A stretch of DNA of 64,000 bases, from positions 8,809-72,808 of the forward strand of contig CANQCR010000008.1 in NCBI GenBank assembly GCA_947589735.1, read 5' to 3'. The stretch is from an uncultured Bacilli bacterium (GTDB lineage Bacteria; Bacillota_I; Bacilli_A; RF39; UBA660). Below the pieces are notes generated by a model that worked only from the letters and a program-made list of their open reading frames with translations, did not search any database and was not told where the DNA came from. Of this stretch, positions 46,085-55,086 are shown one piece after another. Within the stretch, counting starts at the first letter, position 1. Each line of letters opens with the position of its first letter. The translations under genes and the position numbers were made by a program.

Positions 46085-46178
46085 TGTTAATAACTAAATG
46101 CAAATTTTTTAAAGAGTTTTATCTCTTGTTACTAACATTATATTAAAAACAAGAATACTTGTCAATATGTTTTTAACA
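46085..46178 (-). promoter_or_regulatory. sigma-A-type promoter of the pncA-pncB-nadE operon with the same palindrome arrangement
   Basis: The - strand reads ATGTTAAAAACA-ta-TTGACA-17 nt-TATAAT-GTTAGTAACAAGAGAT. The -35 box is at 46160-46165 and the -10 box at 46137-46142. Palindromes lie at 46168-46178 and 46127-46137, with a third near-copy TGTTAATAACT at 46085-46095. Confidence 0.7.
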
Positions 46179-46243
46179 TTTTTTTAAAAAGACATTATGC
46201 TACCGTCCAATTATCCTTGATTTATAAGAAAAAAATTATAACT

Positions 46244-49200
46244 TTAATAGTTATAATTTTTCTTTTTATATACTACTAGTACTAATACTAATAATCCTAA
46301 AGCTCCTCCAAACATTATAATATATTTTATAATATTATCTAAAGTTCGTGGGATAGAAATCTTATCATTATGAATAGTAACAATCGTGTCTGAAGTTATC
46401 GTTCCTTTGTTATTTTTATAAGTTGGATGATAACCTTGTTTTTCAGCATTTAATTCTTTAACTTCATACTCTACCCCATAAGGTAATCTTAAGGAAACTT
46501 TTTGATTGTGTTTTAAACTAATATTGCCGATGAAAGTTCCATCTTTTTCTTTAAAGATAATAGTTCCATCATCAATATTTGTGCCCTTATACTCTATAGT
46601 TTCACTTAAAGGTTGATGATCTTTATTAACAAGTTTAATTTCAAAATTAAATGCCATATCAGTATCTGGGTTTTTACCGCTTACTTCTTTTTCAATTGTA
46701 AAATCATAATAAGAGAATTTGGTATTATAAAACTCAACTATTGGATTATTACCATTTAAAGTACCACTTAAATCACCTTTAGTAGTAGTTACATATTCAT
46801 TCTTATTAGCTTCTACTTCACTAACTTCATAAGTTGTTCCTTCTGGTAAATCTTTAATGGTAATAGTTTCTTGATCTTTTATTTTAAGAGTACCCTCGTA
46901 TGCCCCTTGAGTTTCACTTAAAGTTAAAGTGCCATTTTCATTATTTTGATTTATCGTTTTATAAGTCGTATTTAATTTTTGACTTGCCCCTGGCGTAAGC
47001 TTTACTTTAATAGTCCATTCACTATTTTTATCACTCATATCGCCACTAACATATTTTTTAATACTTAAATCATTTTGTAAAACGCGTATCTTACCATTGT
47101 TACCATAATACATATCAATAACAACGTTGTTTCCTTCAGCAATACCAGTTGTGGTCTCACTAATAGTTGATGCGAAAGAAAGAGTTGCCGTATTAGTCGT
47201 ATTTTTATTTTTATTAATAATATTGTGTTCAAGATTACCAATAATGAGGCCACCTGGTCTTGTGGCAATAACCCAATCATTATATTCGGGATCAGTTGGC
47301 TTACTATTACTAAAATCTTTCCAAGTGTCGCCTTTTGGACTATACCAACATAAGTATTCTCCAAAATGGACATTTTCACCACCTAAGCCCGTGCCGAACT
47401 CTTTACCTTGGCGCAATAAAGCAGCATGGTGAATATCTGGTGAATTTGGAACATAGTAATCAACAACAATATAATAATATTTATTAGAATCTTCAGCTAC
47501 AACAGTATTAACTGTTTGATGCGCTGCTTTAAAAACCTCATACTCCATGTCATTCTCAAGATCTACTTCAAGATTTGACATTTCATTAGCCTTAGCCTCA
47601 TATAAAACCAAAGGTTTATTAGAAGTAAAATAATTATTATCCTTGCTTGGTGAGAAAGATACAAGAGTATTACCATAAGTTCCTGATGCTTTCTTATTAA
47701 ATAAAGTTCCAACTTGTCTATTCGTAAAGTAGTTTGAATTAAAAGTCACATACTTTTTAGATGCATCTACCTCAGTATGTTTACTTATATAATTTTGTGA
47801 TACACTATCTAAATTAACTACTTTTCTAGATGTACCAATATCATCAGCAAGACCGACAGTATAGAATACTCTTAATGGAGTTGATTCTTTATAATCTTTT
47901 AAATTAGTAACGTATAAAAGAACTTCACCTTTTAAATCGACGTTAACTTCAGCAACTTGAAGTGGTAAAGCATTACGTGGAATATTGACATATAAAGTTT
48001 CATCAGATGTATCATCATCACTAGATGATGATCTTTTTTCAACACATATCTTAATGTCACTTAATTTAAACGTAACATTATATTTTACTGTTCCATCTTC
48101 TTCGGTTGTTTTATATGATAAGTTATTTTGAACATCACCATCTTGTAAAACTATTTTGTAATACTGTCTTGTATAATCATACTTAGCTGGTTTATTAGTT
48201 GTCTCGGTAACACTTCCATCAGCTTCAACAACGCAATATTTTAATTCATCTTTGGTAACTTCATATAGCTTTCCAAATAAAGATACATTTTTAATATCTT
48301 TAACTTCCATATACTTACCAATTTGATCTTGATATGTTAAAGCATCAGCTATTCCTGCATCATTTGTTCCTTCAATTGGCTTTAATGGAACCATTGTAAT
48401 ATGTTTTAAAACTTGATCAAAGATATCAGAAATATCATCGGTATCACCAGATATATATCGATCATTATAATATACATCTTCGATACTCTTAACATCGTAC
48501 TTACTATCATCACCCTTTGGATGATTAAATGTAATAGAGGCACTTAATTCCGTTCCACTCCATAAACCAGTTAATTCTCTAGTTGGTTCTGAACCGCCAA
48601 TATATTCTTGAATTATTTCATAAGGTTCTCTGGTATATTCACTATCACTATCTTCTTTGATATATTCTTTTGGATCAATAGTACCGTGTAGTTGATGTCT
48701 TTCAAAGTTATTAACTAAATTATCAACATTTATACCGATACCATATCCTTGCATTGTAACTTTATCACGGCCAGCCCGATGTTCGTTATAATGTGCCTCG
48801 ACTTTATTTTTCATAAAGCCAGCTGTCAATAATACTGATGTTGTTCTAGGTGTGATAGATTCCTTATTATCAAAATTTATTGGTGTGTAAAAAGGGTTGC
48901 CATTTGGTTTAGCAACAAAATGTGACCACGCTACAGGATTTTCTGATCTACTTGGTAAAATAACTTTATCTTTATTTTCAGCCCAACTAAGTGGATCCCA
49001 CCAGTTAGTTGTTGCCTCTACCCCACTTGCTGATGTTACACTACTAACATTCGTAGCCCCATCGGTTAGAGTAACTAAAACAGGGATTCTATCAATGGTT
49101 GAAAACCGGTCAGTATACGTTGTCTTATCAGAATTAGCTAGCATATTCATTCCTTGGTAAAGAGCACCTTGTAAATATGTTGAATCGGCAAACATATAAT

Positions 49201-49978
49201 CACTTTGATTAGTATATATATCGCCAGTTTCCGTAACAACATTACTAGAAACCCGTGGCCAATATTTAGAGCTTCCCTCTACTACTGATGCGGTTACAGA
49301 AAGATAATCAGCACCTTTGTTTTTAGTATAGTGGCCTAATGGTAAAACAACCTGTGTTCCACCAGCATAGACAATAACACCTACACGGTTATAATCATGA
49401 ATAAAAATTTCATCATTTTCATCCATTAATTCGCTAATCATCTTATTAGCTTCGGCAATAGCGCGGTAAGCCGGTGATTCTTCAAGATTTCCCTTTTCCT
49501 CATTATATGTGTCCTCTTTAATCATTGAGCTCGAAACATCTAATAAAAGGACAACATCCAAAGGATGTATTTCACTATAGACAAGATTTGTACTAGATCC
49601 TAAAGCCGAATAAACATGCAAAAAATCACTATCATTAGTAATTGTTGCCTTTACACCATCCGTTTCCTCATCTAAAGTTAATGATGCATCCGATATAACG
49701 GTTTTATCAGCCCAAATTTTTCCGGCATTTTTAGTACCTAATTTATCGTTGATAAGATAGTCTTTATAACTATCCATCGTATTGGCATCGACCAAATAAC
49801 TTAAATTACTATTACCCAAATCTTGACTAATTTGATTAGGTAAATTACTATTATTTTTACTCTTCATAGATGTCTTTTCTAATTTTGCTATATTAGAGTT
49901 TTGCATTCCCACTAAAATAACTCCTAGGCAAATAAAAAGAACAACTAGTTTAAATATAATTTTACTTCGCTTATTCAT
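46244..49978 (-). CDS. large cell-surface adhesin: vWA domain plus C-terminal Cna-B/pilin-like domains and a sorting-type signal
   Basis: Signal/TM N-terminus. MIDAS DVSSS in VVLLLDVSSSM. C-terminal repeats with LPEGTTYEVSE and LPYGVEYEVKE signatures. The end is IPRTLDN, then a hydrophobic helix and a KKKNYNY tail. Confidence 0.8.
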   Translation of the reverse strand: MNKRSKIIFKLVVLFICLGVILVGMQNSNIAKLEKTSMKSKNNSNLPNQISQDLGNSNLSYLVDANTMDSYKDYLINDKLGTKNAGKIWADKTVISDASLTLDEETDGVKATITNDSDFLHVYSALGSSTNLVYSEIHPLDVVLLLDVSSSMIKEDTYNEEKGNLEESPAYRAIAEANKMISELMDENDEIFIHDYNRVGVIVYAGGTQVVLPLGHYTKNKGADYLSVTASVVEGSSKYWPRVSSNVVTETGDIYTNQSDYMFADSTYLQGALYQGMNMLANSDKTTYTDRFSTIDRIPVLVTLTDGATNVSSVTSASGVEATTNWWDPLSWAENKDKVILPSRSENPVAWSHFVAKPNGNPFYTPINFDNKESITPRTTSVLLTAGFMKNKVEAHYNEHRAGRDKVTMQGYGIGINVDNLVNNFERHQLHGTIDPKEYIKEDSDSEYTREPYEIIQEYIGGSEPTRELTGLWSGTELSASITFNHPKGDDSKYDVKSIEDVYYNDRYISGDTDDISDIFDQVLKHITMVPLKPIEGTNDAGIADALTYQDQIGKYMEVKDIKNVSLFGKLYEVTKDELKYCVVEADGSVTETTNKPAKYDYTRQYYKIVLQDGDVQNNLSYKTTEEDGTVKYNVTFKLSDIKICVEKRSSSSDDDTSDETLYVNIPRNALPLQVAEVNVDLKGEVLLYVTNLKDYKESTPLRVFYTVGLADDIGTSRKVVNLDSVSQNYISKHTEVDASKKYVTFNSNYFTNRQVGTLFNKKASGTYGNTLVSFSPSKDNNYFTSNKPLVLYEAKANEMSNLEVDLENDMEYEVFKAAHQTVNTVVAEDSNKYYYIVVDYYVPNSPDIHHAALLRQGKEFGTGLGGENVHFGEYLCWYSPKGDTWKDFSNSKPTDPEYNDWVIATRPGGLIIGNLEHNIINKNKNTTNTATLSFASTISETTTGIAEGNNVVIDMYYGNNGKIRVLQNDLSIKKYVSGDMSDKNSEWTIKVKLTPGASQKLNTTYKTINQNNENGTLTLSETQGAYEGTLKIKDQETITIKDLPEGTTYEVSEVEANKNEYVTTTKGDLSGTLNGNNPIVEFYNTKFSYYDFTIEKEVSGKNPDTDMAFNFEIKLVNKDHQPLSETIEYKGTNIDDGTIIFKEKDGTFIGNISLKHNQKVSLRLPYGVEYEVKELNAEKQGYHPTYKNNKGTITSDTIVTIHNDKISIPRTLDNIIKYIIMFGGALGLLVLVLVVYKKKNYNY

Positions 49979-50158
49979 ACTACTGCGTCAAATAAAAATA
50001 TTTGACAACTCCTTTCTATAAAGCCTCTATTAATGATATAGCATCACTACCATACCATTATCATACCAATTATAGCATAATTTTAATGTTATTTCAATGT
50101 TAAAGTAATTCTATTCAAAATAATGTGATTTTGATACTATATGTACGAGGTGAAAAAA

Positions 50159-50311
50159 ATGAAAAGCAATATTATCTATTCACTTAGGATTCCAGAAGAA
50201 TTACATGAACAACTAAAAAAGCAAGCAGATAAAGAAAAACGAAGTATCAACAATATGATTCTGATTATGATTGAAAAATATCTAAAAGAAGCAGAAGGGA
50301 AAATAAAATAG
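50159..50311 (+). CDS. ribbon-helix-helix (Arc/CopG-like) small DNA-binding protein
   Basis: 50-aa ORF absent from the track: MKSNIIYSLRIPEELHEQLKKQADKEKRSINNMILIMIEKYLKEAEGKIK. GAGGTG RBS 6 nt upstream. The beta-strand/helix/helix pattern (SLRIPEELHEQL...RSINN) is typical of RHH. Confidence 0.6.
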   Translation: MKSNIIYSLRIPEELHEQLKKQADKEKRSINNMILIMIEKYLKEAEGKIK

Positions 50312-50319
50312 ATATTTAC

Positions 50320-50352
50320 AAAAAAAGTTAAGATTATTTCTTAACTTTTTTT
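50320..50352. terminator. bidirectional terminator
   Basis: AGTTAAG-attattt-CTTAACT hairpin flanked by A6 and T6. Confidence 0.65.
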
Positions 50353-51600
50353 ACTTTTTGCTAATTGTTTATCAATTCTTTTAGTTTTACTATTAACAGG
50401 AATATCTAATTCCATATAGTCCCCTTCTAAAGGTGATTCACTTAGAATGACGATATCAGGGAAATGATATTTCATTCTTCTAAAAAGACGAATTAAGTTT
50501 TCACATTTCGCCCGGCTAATAAAATCTTCTTTATGAACATAATGATCATATAGCCTTTTATCAGCCATAAAAGCTTCATATTCATAATTATCATGCGCAA
50601 ACATCGCTTTTAACTCTTCTTTCGTTTTACTCTTATATTTATCATAATCGCCATGTAGTCTAGTAAAATAAGCTTCATATTCTTGACTTAAAAGAACGTG
50701 GTGATCATAAGATAAAACTTCTAAGAAAGGAACTCTTACCTTTTTAATGCCATATGAAGATAACATATCAAAGAAGATCGTTAAAGCCATAATAAAGTTA
50801 GGATGCACGTCACTGATGTTTTCGGGATAATAGTCACTTTCCCCTCTCATATAAGCTAGGTATTCATCACTTTCTACATCCCGAACGTTAGCATTTAATT
50901 TATAAAGTAGTCGTTCAACTTTTTTAATTCTTCTAGAGTCGGCTTTATCCGTTTGAACCGCCCCAATATAACAGATACCATCAACAATATCATAATGTAT
51001 TCTTGGAAGGCTATGATAAACCTCCCCATCATAAAGGCGAATATGCATCTCATTTACGTTTTCATCATATAATGTTCCAGGTGTATTTTTAACTTTAATA
51101 TCATATCCGGCTATTTTACCTACTTTTGTCCAATCTCTTATAAAAGTAAATGTCGTATCTTCGTAGGCTTTCGTCTCACGATATAAAAAGTCTTCAACAT
51201 TGTCTAAATCTCCCGGTGTCATTCTAAGCCAAATCTTTTTTAGTAAATCAATTTGTAAAATATCGCTAGGACGTTTTTGATACTGATGTTGATAATTTAT
51301 ATAACTAAGCGATAACTTATACATATTGTAAAAAAAGGTATAGTGATTTTTAACTCTAACTGTTGGACTATCAGGATTAAACTCTTTTAGCCGGTCAAGA
51401 TCCCGGTCTTTAATAGGCCAGTCATGAAACTTAGGGCAAACATCTTTGACGTTTTCTAAAAAAGATAGACCATCATCATCAAAAACTATATTAAAATATG
51501 GCAAATTGGCTTTTTCTAAACGCATACCAAAAACCGCTAAACTAACAAATAGCTGAATCGTCGATAACAAATTGATTTCATCTTTTTCATAAGCAAGCAT
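50341..51600 (-). CDS. hypothetical cytoplasmic protein
   Basis: 419-aa ORF with no TM helix and no recognisable motif. Confidence 0.5.
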   Translation of the reverse strand: MLAYEKDEINLLSTIQLFVSLAVFGMRLEKANLPYFNIVFDDDGLSFLENVKDVCPKFHDWPIKDRDLDRLKEFNPDSPTVRVKNHYTFFYNMYKLSLSYINYQHQYQKRPSDILQIDLLKKIWLRMTPGDLDNVEDFLYRETKAYEDTTFTFIRDWTKVGKIAGYDIKVKNTPGTLYDENVNEMHIRLYDGEVYHSLPRIHYDIVDGICYIGAVQTDKADSRRIKKVERLLYKLNANVRDVESDEYLAYMRGESDYYPENISDVHPNFIMALTIFFDMLSSYGIKKVRVPFLEVLSYDHHVLLSQEYEAYFTRLHGDYDKYKSKTKEELKAMFAHDNYEYEAFMADKRLYDHYVHKEDFISRAKCENLIRLFRRMKYHFPDIVILSESPLEGDYMELDIPVNSKTKRIDKQLAKSKKS

Positions 51601-51714
51601 CTAACCAGCTCCTAAAATCGGTTTTATTCTAGCATATTTAAGGTGATTATTCAAATCTAGTTTTGACACACCAAATAATGTGTGTTATTATGATACAAGT
51701 ATATGAGGTGAATT

Positions 51715-52632
51715 ATGAAAATTGTTAAAGGCATTACTAATATCCTATTAATTTTATTTATTATGCTTGATCTTTTAGCGCTTACTTTCACAAGAGTTAT
51801 CAAGCAAGAAATTAAACCAACGACAATTAGAAAAGTTGTCACAAAAATTGATTACGGGGATGAAATAGATAAAATTATTGATGAAAATCTTAACTTCTCA
51901 GATATCACTAAAGAAGCTCTTAATTTTATGGGTTTAAATGAAAAAACGCTTAACCGAGTATCTACTTCAGAAGCTACCAAAGACTTTCTTGGAATATATG
52001 TTGCTAATGCGACATCATATCTTTTAGGTAGTGATGAAGAAATCAAAATTACTAAAGATGATCTTAAAAATCTTATCAATAAAAACATTCCAATTATTGA
52101 AGAAGATATGCCATCTTGGGCAAAAGATTTTATTGATAAAAATCAAACTTCCATCGATAAATATATCGATCAAAATGGAGATGAAATCATCAGTTTCTTA
52201 CCTCAGCCTAAAGACGTTTTAAAAGATGTTAAAAAAGAAGATATCGTCATCTATGAAGATGTAACACTAGAAGATGTTACGACAACGATTACAAAGATTA
52301 CTAGTCCTAAAACTTTTAGTGCATTGGTAGTATGTGGATTTATCGCTTTAGCTATATTGATTATTATTAATTTTAAAGCTAAAAAGTGGGCTAAATATGT
52401 CTTTATCATTTCCTTAACTTATACTATTATCATATTGTTTGCTAAGTTTATCATTATGCCTATTATCAGTTCTATTAGTAAAAATATTGCCGAGGTAAAA
52501 GATGTAATTCCTTATCTTTTATCTTCTATCAATAGTGTCCTTTGGATATGTCTTATCGTATCTATTATAGTAAGTATTACATCTATTCTTTTCTACAAAA
52601 TTAATTTTAATAAAAAAGAAGCGGCCCTATAG
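51715..52632 (+). CDS. membrane protein, unknown function
   Basis: One N-terminal TM helix, a ~170-aa acidic loop and three C-terminal TM helices. Confidence 0.55.
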   Translation: MKIVKGITNILLILFIMLDLLALTFTRVIKQEIKPTTIRKVVTKIDYGDEIDKIIDENLNFSDITKEALNFMGLNEKTLNRVSTSEATKDFLGIYVANATSYLLGSDEEIKITKDDLKNLINKNIPIIEEDMPSWAKDFIDKNQTSIDKYIDQNGDEIISFLPQPKDVLKDVKKEDIVIYEDVTLEDVTTTITKITSPKTFSALVVCGFIALAILIIINFKAKKWAKYVFIISLTYTIIILFAKFIIMPIISSISKNIAEVKDVIPYLLSSINSVLWICLIVSIIVSITSILFYKINFNKKEAAL

Positions 52633-53073
52633 GTCGCTTTTAATTTCTTCTTTCATCATCGCATAAATTTGTAATTTTTCATCTTTGGAAAAGATATCTT
52701 TTTGTGCTTTAAACTTACTTAAAGACCATTTCCACATATTATAGCCAAAGTGTTTATCGATATAAGTATGTCCTAAAAGAGATACTTTTCCTTGATAGCG
52801 CGGGATAAAATGAAAATGAACATGAGGTGTCGCATTATCACGATAAGCATTATTCATAAGGCAAGCAAAATTAAACATTGTTGCTGAAAAGAGTTTTTTA
52901 CACACTCTTTCTAACTCCTTTTCAATAGATCCTAATTCAACCCAATCTTCGGGCGTTAAAGAGCTTAAACTTTCCTTATTACAAGAAATAATACACTGAC
53001 CGGGAAACTCCTGACACCATTCGGTGAACACAACTTCAAAAGTTTTACCTTGATATAATTGCATTTTCATCAT
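52627..53073 (-). CDS. HIT-family protein
   Basis: Histidine triad PHVHFHFIPR. Confidence 0.75.
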   Translation of the reverse strand: MMKMQLYQGKTFEVVFTEWCQEFPGQCIISCNKESLSSLTPEDWVELGSIEKELERVCKKLFSATMFNFACLMNNAYRDNATPHVHFHFIPRYQGKVSLLGHTYIDKHFGYNMWKWSLSKFKAQKDIFSKDEKLQIYAMMKEEIKSDL

Positions 53074-53599
53074 CCTTTCTACTCGTTATAATCATATCTA
53101 CTTTTTCGTCACCAATTTCAACAGGAATTTTATCAACTAAACAATCTTCATAACATAGACCAATCTTATAAGGATGGTGATTATGATAATAACGATCATA
53201 ATACCCACCACCATAACCTAAACGGTAACCATCTTTTGTGTAACAAAGAGCAGGCGTTAAAGATATGGCATCCATATCACTCGCTATCTCGTTACCAATA
53301 GGTTCCATAATGCCATACGTTCCCTTTTTTAAATCATCGAAGCTATGGATATAATAAAAGACTAATTCGCTATTTTGAACTTTAGGGGTAGCAACTCTTT
53401 TACCATTTTCTAAAGCATACTTAATTATTTTATATGTATCAACTTCATCACGGTAAGATACATAAGTAAGAATCGTCTTCGCTTTTTTAAAGTGATGATT
53501 AGAAATAAGTTTATTATAAATTTCTTCATCTTTGATATCACGATTTTTGATGTGCGAACGAATATATAAATACTCTTTTCTTAAAGATGCTTTATCCAT
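53045..53599 (-). CDS. 5-formyltetrahydrofolate cyclo-ligase
   Basis: MDKASLRKEY start behind GGTGA, and a GYGGGYYDRY motif. Confidence 0.8.
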   Translation of the reverse strand: MDKASLRKEYLYIRSHIKNRDIKDEEIYNKLISNHHFKKAKTILTYVSYRDEVDTYKIIKYALENGKRVATPKVQNSELVFYYIHSFDDLKKGTYGIMEPIGNEIASDMDAISLTPALCYTKDGYRLGYGGGYYDRYYHNHHPYKIGLCYEDCLVDKIPVEIGDEKVDMIITSRKDDENAIISR

Positions 53600-53647
53600 C
53601 TTATCACCTATTACTATTATCTTATAATATGTTAGTTTATGCAAGTA

Positions 53648-54094
53648 TTATTTATGTTTTTGCCAACCACGTTTGTTGATGTATGAAGTTCCTGCCTTCA
53701 TCATCGAACTAATCATATCATCATAAAACTTGACTTTATCCGTCGTTAAATAATCATATGGTAAAAGGCTTGGAACTTCGAAAATATCATTAATAGGATA
53801 TAAATCACTCGCTAGTTCTTCTAATGGGATATATCCCCTCGCATCATAAAAAGCATCATCTATTTTTAAAACAATATGTTTATTACATACATAGTACTCA
53901 CTACTTGGAATAACCCCTTTTAAGCTAGCTGCAAAAATAGCGCAGTAACCATTTGTAAACATATAAAGAGCTTCCGCATAAGGATTAGGATACGAGCCAA
54001 AATATTTAGGTGTAAGATAAACTTCACTAAACTTATTAAGCATCGCTTCAATAATAAGAGCAATCTGATCATCATTTAACATTTTATCACGCAT
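53648..54094 (-). CDS. hypothetical protein
   Basis: 148-aa ORF in an operon context. No motif recognised. Confidence 0.45.
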   Translation of the reverse strand: MRDKMLNDDQIALIIEAMLNKFSEVYLTPKYFGSYPNPYAEALYMFTNGYCAIFAASLKGVIPSSEYYVCNKHIVLKIDDAFYDARGYIPLEELASDLYPINDIFEVPSLLPYDYLTTDKVKFYDDMISSMMKAGTSYINKRGWQKHK

Positions 54095-54180
54095 AAGTTT
54101 CTCATTAATTATTTTATTTATGATGTGTATTATCTATGACATAGAAAAAAGTGGAAAACTTCATCGCCACTTTTTTCTTT

Positions 54181-55026
54181 CTAGCTACATTTTAACTTAC
54201 CTCTTTTTTTGACATAACTAAAGCCTTCCTCAAACATATCATCGTGTCTATCTAATAAATCAAAAGATGTAAGCATTTCACGGGTTGTCATTTCATGCCG
54301 TAAAACTTTATCAAACGCCCCTAAAACGTCTTGGGGTTGATTTTCATATATACTATATAAAACTAAAGCATAATAATATGATAAATAATAGTACAAATCA
54401 TAAGAGCGATAAGCTATATAATTATCTTTATTATTTAGATTAGCTAGAATTTTAGGTGTCACTGTTTTATGATAACGGTCTAATAGTCCATATAGTGTTA
54501 ATCTAATACTTTGGCTTGCCACTTTATCTTCAGCATCCGCTACTTGGATTAACTCATAGAGGAATGGTAATACTTCGGAATAAGTAAGTAAATCGCTCCA
54601 TTCCTTATGATTATTTCCATCTTTTAAAACATGAATGCATTCGTGACCAATAAAAATATGTGATGTTTCATCTACCCATGATGGGACATCCATCGTACAA
54701 GGATTTAAACTATATGAAAAGCTTGTGTTATAAGCACCACTACGATTATGACGATTTATAAAAGCCATCCGATCCTTTATTTTTTGTAGATAGGCATCAT
54801 AAATATCCTGGCTAAAGTAATGTTTCATATTTTGACTTACTTTTTCCATAACAATATTAAAATCCGTACGATTTAAAGATGGTTCTTTAAGTCCCCTCAA
54901 CTCTTCTAAACGTCCAATCGTAAAATCAGCAACCTGAAAATCATACATAGTTGGCATATTTAAGGTATACTCGCTTTTTAAATATTCTATTGATTTAAGG
55001 CGTTCATTAATTACTAAAACAGACAT
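54181..55026 (-). CDS. hypothetical protein with an HExxH motif (putative metallopeptidase)
   Basis: IFIGHECIHVL. No signal peptide. Confidence 0.4.
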   Translation of the reverse strand: MSVLVINERLKSIEYLKSEYTLNMPTMYDFQVADFTIGRLEELRGLKEPSLNRTDFNIVMEKVSQNMKHYFSQDIYDAYLQKIKDRMAFINRHNRSGAYNTSFSYSLNPCTMDVPSWVDETSHIFIGHECIHVLKDGNNHKEWSDLLTYSEVLPFLYELIQVADAEDKVASQSIRLTLYGLLDRYHKTVTPKILANLNNKDNYIAYRSYDLYYYLSYYYALVLYSIYENQPQDVLGAFDKVLRHEMTTREMLTSFDLLDRHDDMFEEGFSYVKKRGKLKCS

Positions 55027-55086
55027 TGTATCACTTCCTACAAATTGTCACTTATTATAACACAATGTCTTCTTTTTGTATAGTAA

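Noticed and set aside
47065-49160. Three 87-105 aa ORFs (47065..47382 -, 47127..47432 +, 48897..49160 +) inside the adhesin gene.
   Set aside because: They are embedded in a 1244-aa CDS with clear domain signatures, and no features support independent expression.
49979-50010. Possible N-terminal extension of the adhesin from an in-frame TTG, and more generally TGA read as Trp (Mollicutes-type code).
   Set aside because: The extension contains an in-frame TGA. TGA also terminates several well-defined genes here (for example the glycosyltransferase at 2173-2175), so the standard code 11 applies.
51657-51842. 61-aa - strand ORF overlapping the start of the 305-aa membrane protein gene, and the 18699..18977 - strand ORF overlapping the VanZ start.
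   Set aside because: These are hydrophobic mirror-frame translations of membrane-protein coding DNA. They lack an RBS and lie in promoter/5' regions of better supported genes.
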